Origin: Takakia lepidozioides
Taxonomy: Eukaryota; Plantae; Bryophyta
DNA: 64,000 nucleotides
Assembly (NCBI GenBank): GCA_030704615.1
Contig: CM060731.1
Span: 79,298,001 to 79,362,000 of the forward strand
Direction: 5' to 3'
In this document: one piece after another, positions 1 to 12,509 of the stretch
How the letters are laid out: each line of letters starts with the position of its first letter
How positions within the stretch are numbered: the stretch's first letter is position 1
The notes under the pieces: model-generated
Told to the model about the DNA's origin: nothing
The model's database searches: none
The model's input: only the letters and a program-made list of their open reading frames with translations
Position numbers and translations under genes: made by a program

Positions 1-346
1 AGGAGCAAATCTAGAACGACATTTAAGTTTTTAGGCACCATGCAGCTCCAGATACCTAAATGAAATGCTTGTGTAACTCTTGCCAAACTTCCCGGTACAT
101 CTTCCGTCTAAAGATTTGCCGATACCCAACAATAGCAGGAATGCTGTAATCAGATTCCGAAAAACGTGGAGCAGGTCCTGGGCTCTGGCACTTCGTTATT
201 TTGCATAGCACTCCATTAACGTCAAAAATTATCAAGCGAGGTCTTCTCACAGGTGGAGATCCAGGCTGCCGGATCTGTGAAGGAGTGATAAAGACACTTA
301 AGTAAATCAAGAAAAGAAGAATCCCATGAACAGATAAGGAACTCAA
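1..346 (-). pseudogene. FCP1/SCP (NIF) HAD-phosphatase-like domain, frameshifted, runs off the window
   Basis: ORF 56-346 has RLIIFDVNGVL (HAD motif I-like) and IFRR. After a frameshift at ~58 the sequence reads LGIWSCMVPKNLNVVLDLL (NIF 'IWS' motif). Confidence 0.7.
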
Positions 347-380
347 TGACCTCAGAATCCCAATACATTCTCAAAACTAG

Positions 381-960
381 TCACTTTAATATCCCATGTT
401 CCACTTCCAGGGCCTCTAGGTACTGTAGATGTGCATCCCATTCCTCCTTGTTCTTAGGCCATGGAAAGTCCCAGCGATTAATGAATTTCACTCTAGCATC
501 CTGAAAGTAGATATCCTTAGGTATTCCAAAACGGTTCTGCTCATTGAAGGCCCAAGTGTCCATTTTTTAATGCCTCAACTTCTCCAGGTAGGGCTTCAGA
601 TGACCCATCAGAAAATCATCCTTGTATGGATCTACAAGTGCTTCGTATTTAGGTAGGAAGATGACCAGGCTCAGTGGATTGAGGAAAGACTTGTACATGT
701 TCCCAACGACGTCGATAAGTAGGGTGTTAGACCTGTAGGCTTTAGAGTCGGGGTCTACGAACAAGTCGTAAAGTCGTTTGAAGTAGATTGGGGCCTTAGG
801 TAGCGTAGGCCAATATGTGTTGAAAATAAGTCTCTGTTCCACACATTGGTCGGAACTGTAATGCATGACCTTGTGGGCGTTCCTCCCGAACAAGGCTGAT
901 TTGAAATCCATGACAGTCTCTTCTTTGCTAGTGTTCCATAAGATGACCCAACGTTATCGT
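381..960 (-). pseudogene. Second, N-terminally truncated FCP1/NIF-like domain plus linker
   Basis: VILWNTS...SDQC...PIYFKRLYDLF...NTLLID...YKSFLNP...LKPYLEKL matches the C-terminal half of plant FCP1-like domains. Motif I is missing. Confidence 0.65.
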
Positions 961-1560
961 TGAATTTCCTAGGCTTCCCCCTCAACTCATAGTACATCCT
1001 GGCGTGAGCAACTTTCTCCGGGAATGTTATGTCGAATTTTTGGGCTTTATTTGGGTCGTTCAGGAGCTTAGAAATCTTCAGCAAACGATTATTGCTATCT
1101 GACCAGAGGATAATTGATGGCCATTCGGCGTAGTAATCCCTCTGCTCCCGGTTAGTAATCTCCTCCACGAGTTCCTGATTTGGAAAATGTTTACATCAGC
1201 ATGGAATTGAACTAGAAAGGAGCACACGCGATCGCGCATGCTTGCTTATCATGCTATGCATCTCTTAGAAAGAAGTCGTCGATGAATCTGATATAATCAT
1301 CTAGTAGAAGCACACGCGATCGCGCGAGAATGATAATGAGAAAACGTAAAGAAATATCCAAAAGATGATTATCATAGAAGCAGAGAAGAATATAGAAGCA
1401 CGCGCGATCGCGCGAGGTAAATGTTGATGTACTATACATTTGCAGCCATAATTGTGTGTTGGCCTCTAATGACGAAGAATTTTGAATTGTTAATATCTTT
1501 TTGATGCCTTGGTTTCATCGCAGACACCTGGGTTGGCACCTGTTCAGTAATCTTATGCTC
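955..1560 (-). pseudogene. C-terminal half of a ParB/Srx-like domain (two exons, ~1438-1560 and ~955-1176)
   Basis: The minus strand at 1438-1560 translates to ...KPRHQKDINNSKFFVIRGQHTIMAA (GQH motif at 1453-1464, not in the ORF track). A GT-AG intron at ~1177-1437 follows, then ELVEEITN...WPSIILWSD...LLKISKLLN...ARMYYELRGKP. Confidence 0.55.
1227..1414. repeat. Three copies of palindrome CGCGCGATCGCGCG (intronic)
   Basis: Cores at ~1227, ~1315 and 1401-1414, each preceded by AGCA(CA). Confidence 0.9.
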
Positions 1561-1628
1561 AGGTGTGCAAGTTCTCCCCACCCAGTGCCTCATGAGGAGC
1601 CACAATCCCCGGCACTATGCTTATTATG

Positions 1629-1780
1629 CAACGACGCAATGGCGTGAGCGTACGCTCACGCAGGAGTGACGTGGCGTGAGCCTGCACACACGCTGACGTG
1701 GCGTGAGCGTCATGTCAGCATGCTGATGTGGCGGTAAATGATGACATGGCACTGTCCGTCATCTGCCACGTCACCATTAA
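1629..1780. repeat. MULE left terminus with reiterated (TGAC)GTGGCGTGAGC motifs
   Basis: Motif copies in both orientations at ~1641, 1653, 1667, 1694, 1723, 1741 and 1764. Confidence 0.8.
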
Positions 1781-2227
1781 CATGCGCCGCCTATAACCGT
1801 GGATGGTCCTATGACCGTGGAATTAATGCAGGGAATCTTGCCTAAATAGAATCAAGACGAGCATTGAGGCCTACAATTGCAGCATCCAACAGTGTGCAAT
1901 TACAAATGCTTGTTTTACTTTTACAATTACGAGGACGACAAAATATCCTCACAAAGTGTGCGCCATAAAGGCTGCCACGGGAAGACCTTCCTCCCTCCTC
2001 AAATAACAATGAGAGTTAGGATCATCTTCAAAAGATGATTGTAGTGCATAGCGACAGCAAGACATGTAGACTTCGAACGGTGCAATGACAAATGTGCACT
2101 ACATAAAAGTTGTCACTTAGAGCTGACTCCGTATAGTTGGAGGCCATATCATTGCACAGCCGACGAATTGATGTGAATTACACATTTCAAATCATGGTCA
2201 TCCACATACCACATTACATAGTTCATG

Positions 2228-5200
2228 CTACCCATGTGTTGTATCCCGCTGCAAAAGAGTATCGACCTCGTTGAAACTCATAGTGGCCTGGTGAATGAAG
2301 TTGTCACGTTTGGGATCGCAAACCATCCTCCTCAAAAATATGAAATACAAATGTTTGCAGGGTATGAATTTACCTCTCTTGCCCAAACTGGTTGATAGCA
2401 TATTCACAAAATCAGGACATGTGCAGTTGGGGAAATTGGAAACCGTGATGTCGTAGGTCCTGTCATGAACAGCAGATGTGGAAGTGATGATTGTGAATAC
2501 CCGACCATATCCTGGATCGGGTACTTCCGTGGTGCTTCCAACACGAGCTTGGAGCATTCTTGCGGACTCCACTTTGCCAAAGTGTTCAGCGGTTGGAGGG
2601 AAACGCCGAACGAGCTTTCCATCTCGTTTGGTTGGCCACAAGTCAGGATTTGCCGGGGGGACCCGGGAGGACGCAGAAGTAGTAGCACATGCATGGAGTT
2701 GGGGTTGTCTCGCAAGGGAAAAACCTGCCTCCTCCAGCATTTCAATCTCCTGAAAGCTGAGATGTGTTCCCACCTTCACGGGCCAAACGGTTGGAGGAGT
2801 TGGCTTCATCACTACGGAAGGACGCACAGTTCCATGCACACATCTGGCACAATCATCTGCGCAGAACCAGAACTTGTGGTTCTTGGCTTCTGGTTGACCG
2901 TATGGACGCATCAAGCCCGTGAAAGTCGGAGCAGGAGTTCGGGCACCACCTCTGGATATAGATGAAGTGCACTTCTCGAAATTAGTTGCCCTGATCGCTG
3001 TACATTTCACACGAGACCCTACACTTGTGCGTTCTATGTGCCAAACGTGGTCGGGGCATGCGGACTCAAGCACATCAAGGGGGTTGTTTCTCTCCTGCAC
3101 CATTTCAGTGGCACTGTTTGATGCTGGAGCTTGCCGTCGTGTTGGAGGTTCCTCCACAATGGAGGTTCCGGACATGGAGCTGTCATGCAGGAAAACACGA
3201 GGCTTCGAGAAGTTATCACGGTCTGCCCTGTGGGAATCTGAATCCGAACCAGGTGGAGAGTTCAATTTCCTCTTACAGGAGCCGAATCTCTCCTCCCCTT
3301 CAAGATGTGGAACTCTAGAAACAAGTGGCATTCCCTGGGCATACATGCTCACCGCCCGTGCTATCTTGATTGGATCCCCAGATCTGTTTGCAGCACGCAA
3401 CATCAACTCCCATTTGTCCGGACCCTTGCAACCAACCCCACCTCATAAGAAATCACGGTATCGGGTTTGTTGTTGCAAGGCACGTATCAAATCATCTGTT
3501 GTTGCCACATACAAATCCCGACCTCGTTTCCCAGACTGCTACAACCATGCGTTGTGCACAGTTTCTGCCAAATTGCAAGATGGCATGTCCGCCTTCCTCA
3601 ATGGACATGTTCTGCAAAGAGGATAACCACACTTCAGAACAGTGCACAGGAAACAACATAAAAAAAAGCAATGACTCAAAAATATGGAAAGCAAATGTAT
3701 GAATAAAGCATGAAATAGAAGCCTCGTACCATTGTCATGGTTGCTCCCCACTGTCTATACCGGAAGTGCCAAAACGCCAGCCAATCTTCCAATGCTCTCA
3801 TACTCTCAAGTGATGCAGCTCCAGAAGAGAACCACCAGGCACGAATTGTCTGGAACAAAGTGTCCGCCTCCTTCATTGTTCTAGCATCTTTGTACTCTTT
3901 GCACATTTTACGATGCTGAGTCTGCATCTCTGGTTTGATGTCCGACTTTGTATGTTTTTCTAGAGATTGTGTCCAATGGAACAGACATGTACGCTCTCTT
4001 CCTGGCATAGGCACTTTTGGGTCGCCCGATCCGAAGACAATACGAACAGCATTGAAATTTGCTTGAGCACTATCCGCCATGAAACCTGCGAAATTTGGAG
4101 ATGGCAGCCCATGACACGTATCAGGGAATTCCACATGAGCTTCTGGGATTCCGTATCCTCGGATTGCATGTCACAAACTGCAATTGTCATAACTCGTTGG
4201 TACACTGGATCGTAGACATGACAAGCCATTGTCGTCCAATCCTTCACTCGTTTCACATGATCAAACATAAGAAAACAGTTCTGCAAGTCCCCAGTCTTCT
4301 GCATCCGCTTCACGAGGCTAACCCCACTGCCCTCCCCAACAGTCGACATTTTGAAAAGAAAAACTTTGATGGCACCTTGACCTGGGAATACATTGTCCTG
4401 GATGTAATCGTACTTGCTCACTCGTTTCAATTCCAAAATATTGTCTATGTAGCCTCTCATCCCAGAGCCCATTCTCAATGCATTGATCTGATGCCGAATG
4501 TTAGGTGAACTTAAAGTGGAGAAATGATCCATGACCAGGTCCAATGCTGCACCGTCAAGTTTAGTCCCCACAGAATCTCCTTCACTCAAAATATGGCTTT
4601 CCAAGAAGGACTTGCTTGCGCCAAGAGCAATTGCAGATGTTGTTGCGGATGGGTTTCTCCCGAACTCCTGTTTGATCAACCTCGATACTGTCTCAACACT
4701 CTCCCTGTAATCCCCCTTCGAGACAGGATGGTTATGGAATCCAAAATGCACACAAGCTCTCGTCATTGTATTCAAACGGTGGACAACATAGTACATTCTT
4801 GCTCCGCAGAGCGCCAAACAGGATAGCACAAGTTTGCAGAATTTGCAGACGAAAGTGTTTGCCGGTGGAGGGGCAGTCCTAGGCTGAAATGGATTTTCCG
4901 CCAGACCCTCCCATTCGCTTTGATTATGAACCCCAGACTGAAGAAAGTGTCTGCAATTCAAATTATCACACCTAAGGTGTCCATTGCAAACTGTCCTCCT
5001 GAAAACAAGCTTGTCATCATTCTGAATATTGGATGTTTTTGTTCTGCACCACGGGTGCCCGTCGTGTTTCTTGTCCATTCCATGCATCATGATTGTTACA
5101 CCTCCAACTCGCGGAGGAGGAGGCAGCTCGAATAGGATATTGCCATCAAAAGTCTCCAGCAAGAACTTCACAGGCACCTGCTTCAAAGATTCCCAATCAA

Positions 5201-5732
5201 TTCCCCGCAACTCACTTTTGAATCCAGCCATTCCTCCCATCGCCCGCAATTTTGGAATGACACTACAAATCTCTTCTTCATCAGCTTCTCCAACCACAGT
5301 AGGAAGGACTGGATTTGGAATTTCACTTATGTCATCATTGGAAGAATCCGAAAGCTCAACGATTGGAGTGGAGGACGTCTGTTCTTTTTTCACCACCACC
5401 TCCCTCTTGTCTTCAACGACCGAAGTAGCAGTCCCAGGCGTCACATATGACCCAAGGGACTTTCGCCGAGGCTCTCCAAGTACTCTGTATCGACCAGGAC
5501 GCACTCTCCATTGGCTGATATGAGCCGTCTCATCACGGTTTTGGAAAGAATATTTCACCAACTTCCCTTTAAGATCGTACACCTCTTTCTCCAAAAAGAT
5601 GGAGCCATTCTGCAGCTGAAAACGGGTAGCCAAGACATGTTCCAGAACAATTGCAAATCCATTGTCAAGGACTTCCTGGGAGAACGGCATTGGTTTGTCG
5701 TCAGAGAATAACTCCGCTTCAGAGGAAGCCAT
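2228..5732 (-). pseudogene. MULE transposase with N-terminal GCM-like Zn domain, DDE core and C-terminal SWIM finger; disrupted
   Basis: DGHPW...C.GHLRC...C..C...C...H.G.HNHP (GCM/WRKY-like); FDHVKR, FMADSAQAN, CLFHW and NLAETVH (D, D, CxxH, E); CTCPDF...CKHLY (SWIM). Frameshift at ~4110, one intron at ~3617-3727, and in-frame stops at ~3540 and ~3445. Confidence 0.88.
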
Positions 5733-6582
5733 CTTCCTTCCTCGCGTACGTTTGTATCTTGCTATCGCAGATCTAGTGTAAATCGGTTTACTGCTGTCTC
5801 CAGAACACAGTTAAAGAATGAGCAGAGAATATGGCGGAGGAAGCTCAGATAACGACTGTGCATATTATGTTATTCTTTCCAGATATGCAGCCGTCCATTT
5901 TAATTACTTTTCTTGTGGGCCCAGTGGTCAGAGTATCCCTAGGTGCAGTGTCGGCAGCTGTAAAACCGTTAACCAGAACCTCATCAATAAACCCAACAAC
6001 AAAGCCGACTTCTTGGAAGCATGTCACAGGATCTGAGAATGGGATTGCAGATTAAGTAAATGTATCTTTATACTACTACCAATGTTCATGCGCACCTGGA
6101 AAGTTCAAAATGTGAACGTGGGGTTGGCTAACAAGGATGACCGTGTATAATATCCCAAAATTTGTCATCAAACTCTCGTTCATTTACATATATATGTCTA
6201 AGATTGTGTGCCAAGATTTCTTGGATTCGCTGTTATTTTTAAATATTGAAACCGTTCTAATAAAGAACACGCCGTTTTTTTTGGGCGACACACGTCAGAC
6301 ATCCATAACTGAATACGAACAGCTGTACACCAATTGCTGGCATGTGCACTAATAAGGGAACGACTATGTGTAACGGTCACGCGGGAGGGAATCCGATGCT
6401 TCTAGAGACACGCAAGAACGCAGGCAATCCCGCAAGAAATCGGGAGTCACTGCGTTTTTCTGCTTTTCGCGCTTAGAGGGAGAGTGGTAGTCAAGCTGGA
6501 GAGGGTTCCTTCTAGAATACAAAAGAGAAGAAAGTCTCTTTATTTTACTTCCCTTAGAGAGAGACGCAGAGCAAGAGAGAAA

Positions 6583-9500
6583 ATGACGAGGCGTCGTTTG
6601 TTGGAGAAAACAGGACCAAGGCAGCAGGTGAACGCGGAGACTGATTCACAAGAGCAGACGGAGACTGAGGCAGCGGCTGTGACACAGTCGGCGATAAGAG
6701 TGCGCCAGCCTGTGGAGGCAGAGATGATTCGCAGGGACACTGAAGAAGGTGGAAGCACGCGGAACGCCGAACCGGGAGAAGGTCAAGAAACCCTAGCGCA
6801 GACAGAAATTCCAGCAGATGTGAGAGGGAAGAGGAAAGCTGCAGAAGGGGATCAAATTTCAAAACCTAAGAAGGTGCCAGTAAGTTTTATCTAACTTACA
6901 TTTCATTGTTGAAGATATTCGTAGAGATTGAGTGGAATGTCCCAGACAGGGATTGTCGCTACCGACAATCACAAATGTGATTTGCTTTCTACTCCTCTGC
7001 GAAGGGTTTACAGCACAATGAGTTGGTGACTATCGGTACAGTCATTCACTGGTGTTCAGATCATACAGTCAGTCTGATTGCCTTTCAAGGAGTCCTTCCT
7101 CTTCCCTTCTTTAGCAGGAACTACTGAATTGCGATCGTCGTTAATGCCATTTGATTCTCCTCATGAGATTTATGTACCTATGTGTTTGAAGAGAGAGTCT
7201 GCACTTACTATCCGCCCTAAACTACACTGAATGTCGTTGCCGCCAATCAGTTGCACATGTATGTCATTACACAACACCGATCCGGCAGGTCGTTATCTGT
7301 TGTGATTGTCGTTAACGCCGTTCGCTATCGCTCTCGCTTTTGTTTTGAATACGGCAGTATCAGCTTTGCTTGTGTAGATTGTGCTGAATTCTTTCACACC
7401 ATTCATGGTGAGTTTCTTTGAGAAAGAGTGATGGTCGTTTCCGCCATTCACTATTTGCAAATCACTCAGTCAGAACTGAATGGCATCGTGCAGAAAACTG
7501 TGAGGTCGAAGCCTACAGGATCAGAGGGGAAAGGATTTGGAGATGGGGACGAGTCCGCAAAAAGCTCAGAGAATACAGATGAAGCAGATGAATCCGAAGT
7601 GCACTACCTTGACAAGGTGAAAGAACTCATGTCATTCCAGAAGGTAAACTCTCAGGAGGTTATAAGGGACATGCTCGTATCTGGAGGGCGTCTGGACATA
7701 CCTCTGTGCCGGATGATATCAATGCCTGTTGTGCGTCCACCTCTTTCCCATGACATAACAAAATTGGAGAGTGATTTTGTGCATGGATATAGACTTGGTG
7801 CACAAGTTTTTTATGTGTCACTGACGGATATAAATGGGAAAAGCACATTAGTGTCTCCAGAGATCAGTGATAACTGGGATGAGTGCTGGAAAGATGCCAA
7901 TGAGGAGTTCGAGTTGGGCCTCATGATGGGAAAGAACACCCAGCAATTCTGCAACCACATGTTCTACGTCTGGGACGGCAACCACCGATTGCTGGCATGG
8001 ATGGGATACATTCAGAAACACCATTCGAAAGACAAAGACAAGCATGTTGCTGTGGAGGCAATGGTTTTGGATCCTGGAAACGACATCGCTAGGCTTCTTA
8101 CAGCTATGCACGACGTGAACAAGTAAGTCATCCAGGAGATTTCATTCCCTCTGTAGTGTCTTATTAATTCTCAAAAAACAGTGTTAAGGAATGCAATGTT
8201 TCCAATGTTTTTGCAGATCGACAGAGAAATCGCATGTGACAACAAGCTTGGTTCACACACTATTCCGAATTCAGAGGATTGGTCTGATGAAGCTGGATGA
8301 TTTTCGGACAGTACTACCACCCAATATCATCAAGAAGTGCGAAACAGGAAGAGCTGCAGGCACTTGGTATTCTTTGACACGAGAGGCGTTTCTGGAGTAC
8401 ATGTATGCGGTAAGCCCGAGTCTGTACTCTGTTTACTTTTTGAATACATGTTTGTAGTCCCTTCGGAGCTAATCACTACTTGAATGAATGCAGCAAGAAC
8501 TGGCAGAGGCTGAGAAGGGAAAATCCGAATATTACCGCACTACACCAGAAGAACTAAGGACATCAAAGGGTGTGGAAGCTGCAATAAAGAAGGAGTTTGA
8601 AATGCGAAGAACCAAATTGATGTCAGCCTTCGGAAAGCAGCTTAGAATAGTAGATCCTGGACTTGGTTCTGAGTTCCTTCAGCAGATCAAAACACACTAT
8701 GACAAGCATGTGCATCCGGAGATGCAGCAGGAGAAATTGCACCGGCTGGCCATATCGATGGTCGACCCACAAACAAAAATAAGGTGGCTGGAGATATGGA
8801 ACTCAGATCAAACAGTAAAGGACTTGAATCAGTTCCCAAAGAGCACCATACAGCCTGGCACAAAGGTGGAAGGAATCAGTGATTTGGTGTTTGATAACTG
8901 GCTCCACAAGGCTACATTTTGGAGTCAGGTGTGTATTCGAACATGCTGTTTTCTTCTCTTCAAGTATGTGATGACTATCTCTTTTGCAATTCTGACAAAT
9001 ATACTATTTGCAGCTCGAAAAGCGCGTCATTGTGCTGGATCAGACTTTGAAGGACCTGAACATTTCGATTGTTTCCCCTCCCCAAATGTCATTGGAGGCA
9101 TACATAAGGAAGTGGAGAGTCTCACCTGGAGATACTGTTTTTTCCGGGAGTTCTCCAAAGATGGTAACATTTTACGGTCCAACGACTTTGACAGTCAGGT
9201 TGGAGGAGAGTGGGCCATGATGCGAGTTGTGTACAGGTGCAATGTCATACTTGAAACTCTACTGTTTTTTTTGGGAAAAAATGTGGCTTCATATGGATTG
9301 CAATCTTAGATCCAGATTGAATGTCGTTGACGACATTCACTTCTTTGTCTGAGTCATTCTTAAGCGAGTATATGAATTCACCTGGTTAGGATCTAAGGGT
9401 GCAATTATATTGTCCCTGATTAGAATTGATAATGTCCTTGAATGGCGTTGACGACATTCACCTACGGAGTTGTTGAGAGGTCCTCAGAGTTATGTAAATT

Positions 9501-12383
9501 TTTGTAATGTCCATAGAGGTTACAGTGAGGGTTCCTCACTTCATTTTGCTGAATGTCAATGCAGACATTCAGTTGTTCTGCATTGTTTTTGCCTCTTGCG
9601 AGGAATCTGGAGGCTTGATAAGCTCTGTTATGAGAAATCCAAAGTGAATGTCGTTGACGACATTCACTGCTGTGTCTGTATTATTCAACAGCGACAAATG
9701 GAATTTACATGGATTGGGAGCTAAGTAATTGGTTTCTTTTTGGTATTTTTGTGAATGGCGTTGACGCCATTCACATACAGTGATGTTGTGAGGTCCTCAG
9801 TGATATGTTCGTTATGAATGTGCATTGAGTTTTCCTGGTGGGTTCCTTACTCGATTTTTTGATTTCCATCCTGTGATTTTGCTTCATTTAAGTATTAATT
9901 TGGCTTCATTAGTGAATGTCGTTGACGACATTCACTTCTATGTCTGTGTCATTCCTAAACGATAATTTGCATTCACCTGGATTGGGGTGTATTTACAGTA
10001 TCATTGAATGGAATGTTCTGAATGGCGTTGACGACATTCATATTGGAGCAGTAGTGTGGTCCTGAAAGGTCCTTGGAGCAGTTCTCAGAGCCATTTCAAT
10101 CTATGTTTTTTTCATTCTGTTCTACTTGCATCTTACTCACTGAGCGCTTTTGTGGGTTGGGATTTATCTCCTTTTTTCAGGTACACGAAATATGTGCTTA
10201 TGGAAGGAAATCACCTGAGCGGAATTCCCGACTATCTTGACATGTGGTCGGACCCTGCAAACGATCCAACCATGTATACTGCAGGGATATTGAAGGACTG
10301 GAGTCCTTCTCACTTCAGAGACTGTGGCTGGTACCTTGACTGCCCACCTGAGCACACGACCTTTCAAGAACAGCATATGAAATACTTGAACAATAACGCT
10401 GAGATGCTGGCGCCTTTGACTGACGAAGAGTATCAACGAAACATAGCAACGTTGGCTGCCAAGGAGCCTGATGCTCAGGGAACGCCGCAGAAGGGAAAGA
10501 AGGCGGGCCGCAAACCAAAAGACAAGGCTGTTGATGTCATAGCCATCTCACCAGCAAAGCCAAAGGACAAAGACAAGTCCAAAGAGAAGGAAAAGGACAA
10601 GGGGAAGGAGAATGAAAAGGAGATGGAGAGTGGGCAGGACTTTACTGCTGGAAGATATACCCGCACTCTTCAGTGCGTGTTCGATGCCAAGCCACACCCT
10701 TCCCGTTCTGATTCCGCAGGAGAGATGAAAATTGTTAATGAGGGTTGGCTTTCGATGATGCAGAGTCGAAAGAGAGGATACACTGGGGTGCCATCCCCTA
10801 CCTGGGACAATATAATCTCATTCCTCAATCTGGTGAGAATTCCAGTTTCTTTCCTTTTTCTCTGAAAGTTTCGTTGGCAGTATTTCAGTCTCGTTCTTTG
10901 AAAACAATCTTGCCATCGTTCTTATAAAAAACATGTCTGTTGCAGGTGAGCACAGGTCCCACCTTCGTGTGCGGTGTGCAGAAAACTTATGCGGCCGACA
11001 TTGTCATTCTCGACATCCCGGATGGCCAGGCTGTGCCAGAAGTTCTTCCAAAGGGCAAGACGCCAGGCTGGAACAAATTCGAGGACAACTACTGGAGTTG
11101 GGTGTTCGGGTTCTGTAACAACTTCCTCTCTGATGCAGGGACACTTCTGCTTTTTCAGTCATGTGACAATGATAGTCGTCGGGCATTGGCATCATACCTC
11201 AAGTCTTCAGGGTTTGAAGTTTTGCGCACATGGAATTGTGTGAACAGCCTCTACCTTGTGAAAGGGGGTTTCCCTGGTCAGCTGGTATGCCGTCTCCCTT
11301 CTGCTTGTGCTTTGATCATGAGTTTCAATTTTCTCTGCAGCTCCACTCTAGTAGAATGTGTTATGATCGACACCGATCATCACCGATTCATGATTTTTTT
11401 GTGTCATAGTTCTGAATAGCCGATGTACACACTTCCACTATAGATTGTGTTTACCACACTAACCTGCTATCTTTGCCAGACGAGGATGTTCGAGGCGATC
11501 TGCCTGCGGAGGATTCGCACCTCAAAGACACCATCCTCCATTCGCAGCTTTGAGATTTCTGACCAGGGTTGTTTCGTCAACCCCCCCTATGAGCCCCATG
11601 TCGATGACATTTTGTACAACTTCATGCAGTCCAGTCAGACTCTGAAGAGACCAGATGGCACTCCCTGGAGAGGTGCAAAGGAAAAGTCACCAGCGTTCAT
11701 GCAAATACTGCTGGAGTCATGCAGCCACCGCTCTGCACGGGTGGTCGATCTTTCTGTGTCCACAGGTTCGTTTTTTCCCTTCCGAATTGGTTTCCTTTCA
11801 ACAGTTTCATCTGCTTAAATCCCCCCTCCAAACTGTTCATGTTCTCCTGTCTGGTGCAGGAGCAACTTACCACGCATGCAAGGCAGGCGGAAGAAGCCTT
11901 TTTGGCATGGAGGGTGATTCTGACCTCTACAACACAGTGCTCCTCCCCCTTTTGTCTGGCTCCACTTCAGGCACACAGACTGATCGGATTCAAATTCGAA
12001 ATGATGACGATCCCGAAGATAAGCAGGTCGACAACGACTTTTCATGTGAGTAAGTGCTAAACCCTCTTTGGGAGTCATACTCAATTTCTCGATAACATCA
12101 AAGTTACAGTAATAACTTTTTCAGGCTGTCTTTCAGGAAAGGCAGCGGTGGATCTTCAGGAGATACAGTCATTTCTGGCGAGTCTGTTTTCGACAGCCCC
12201 CTTTCCAATTTTCTGCTTCCTGTTTATGCCGAAGCAATGGCACTTCACGCGGCCGAGTCCCTATCCCCTGACTTTTTAGTGGCCAGCCGTAGGTGTATCC
12301 AGCGTGGATCCGGTGTTCTAAAATACTTAGACTTAGATGCAGAGGAAGCGGGGATACATTGTACTGACTCTGAGTCAGACTGA
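6583..12383 (+). CDS. Multi-exon cargo gene: ParB/Srx-like domain plus C-terminal N4/N6 DNA-methyltransferase-like domain (one apparent frameshift at ~9115)
   Basis: Approximate GT-AG exons: 6583-6879, 7494-8123, 8217-8409, 8494-8928, 9014-9237, 10181-10832, 10946-11284, 11480-11766, 11860-12049 and 12125-12383. ParB-like motifs VVRPP...LESDFVHGY and VWDGNHRLLAW (7974-7988). MTase-like motifs ADIVILDIPDG (11012), FLSDAG, EKSPAFMQILLESCS...VVDLSVSTGATYHACKAGGRSLFGMEGD. Confidence 0.75.
6951..7323. repeat. Variant copies of the 20-bp palindrome in intron 1
   Basis: GATTGTCG-CTAC-CGACAATC (6951-6970), GAATGTCG-TTGC-CGCCAATC (7229-7248) and GATTGTCG-TTAA-CGCCGTTC (7304-7323). Confidence 0.75.
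9319..10039. repeat. Intronic array of seven 20-bp palindromes GAATG(T/G)CG-TTGA-CG(A/C)CATTC
   Basis: Copies start at 9319, 9440, 9551 (variant), 9646, 9753, 9914 and 10020. The spacers are diverged but alternately homologous (about three copies of a two-site unit). Confidence 0.93.
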
Positions 12384-12509
12384 ACTGTATATTTTAATAT
12401 TCATTTTCATATTATCTGGAAAACGTTGAATCCCCTTCCTCCACCGTAGTTGTTCCTTTAGAACAAATAATAATCACAGAATCAACTTTCGTTTAAATTG
12501 CAATATGTA

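Noticed and set aside
2919-3626. 235-aa plus-strand ORF and other antisense ORFs over the transposase
   Set aside because: Shadow ORFs of the minus-strand transposase with no recognisable motifs.
9319-10039. CRISPR array
   Set aside because: Palindromic repeats with spacers look CRISPR-like, but the spacers are 75-141 bp and homologous to each other. The array is in a spliceosomal intron and no cas genes are present.
6583-12383. Bacterial restriction-modification or plasmid partition operon
   Set aside because: The gene is intron-rich and lies inside a MULE. No ParA or restriction nuclease was recognised.
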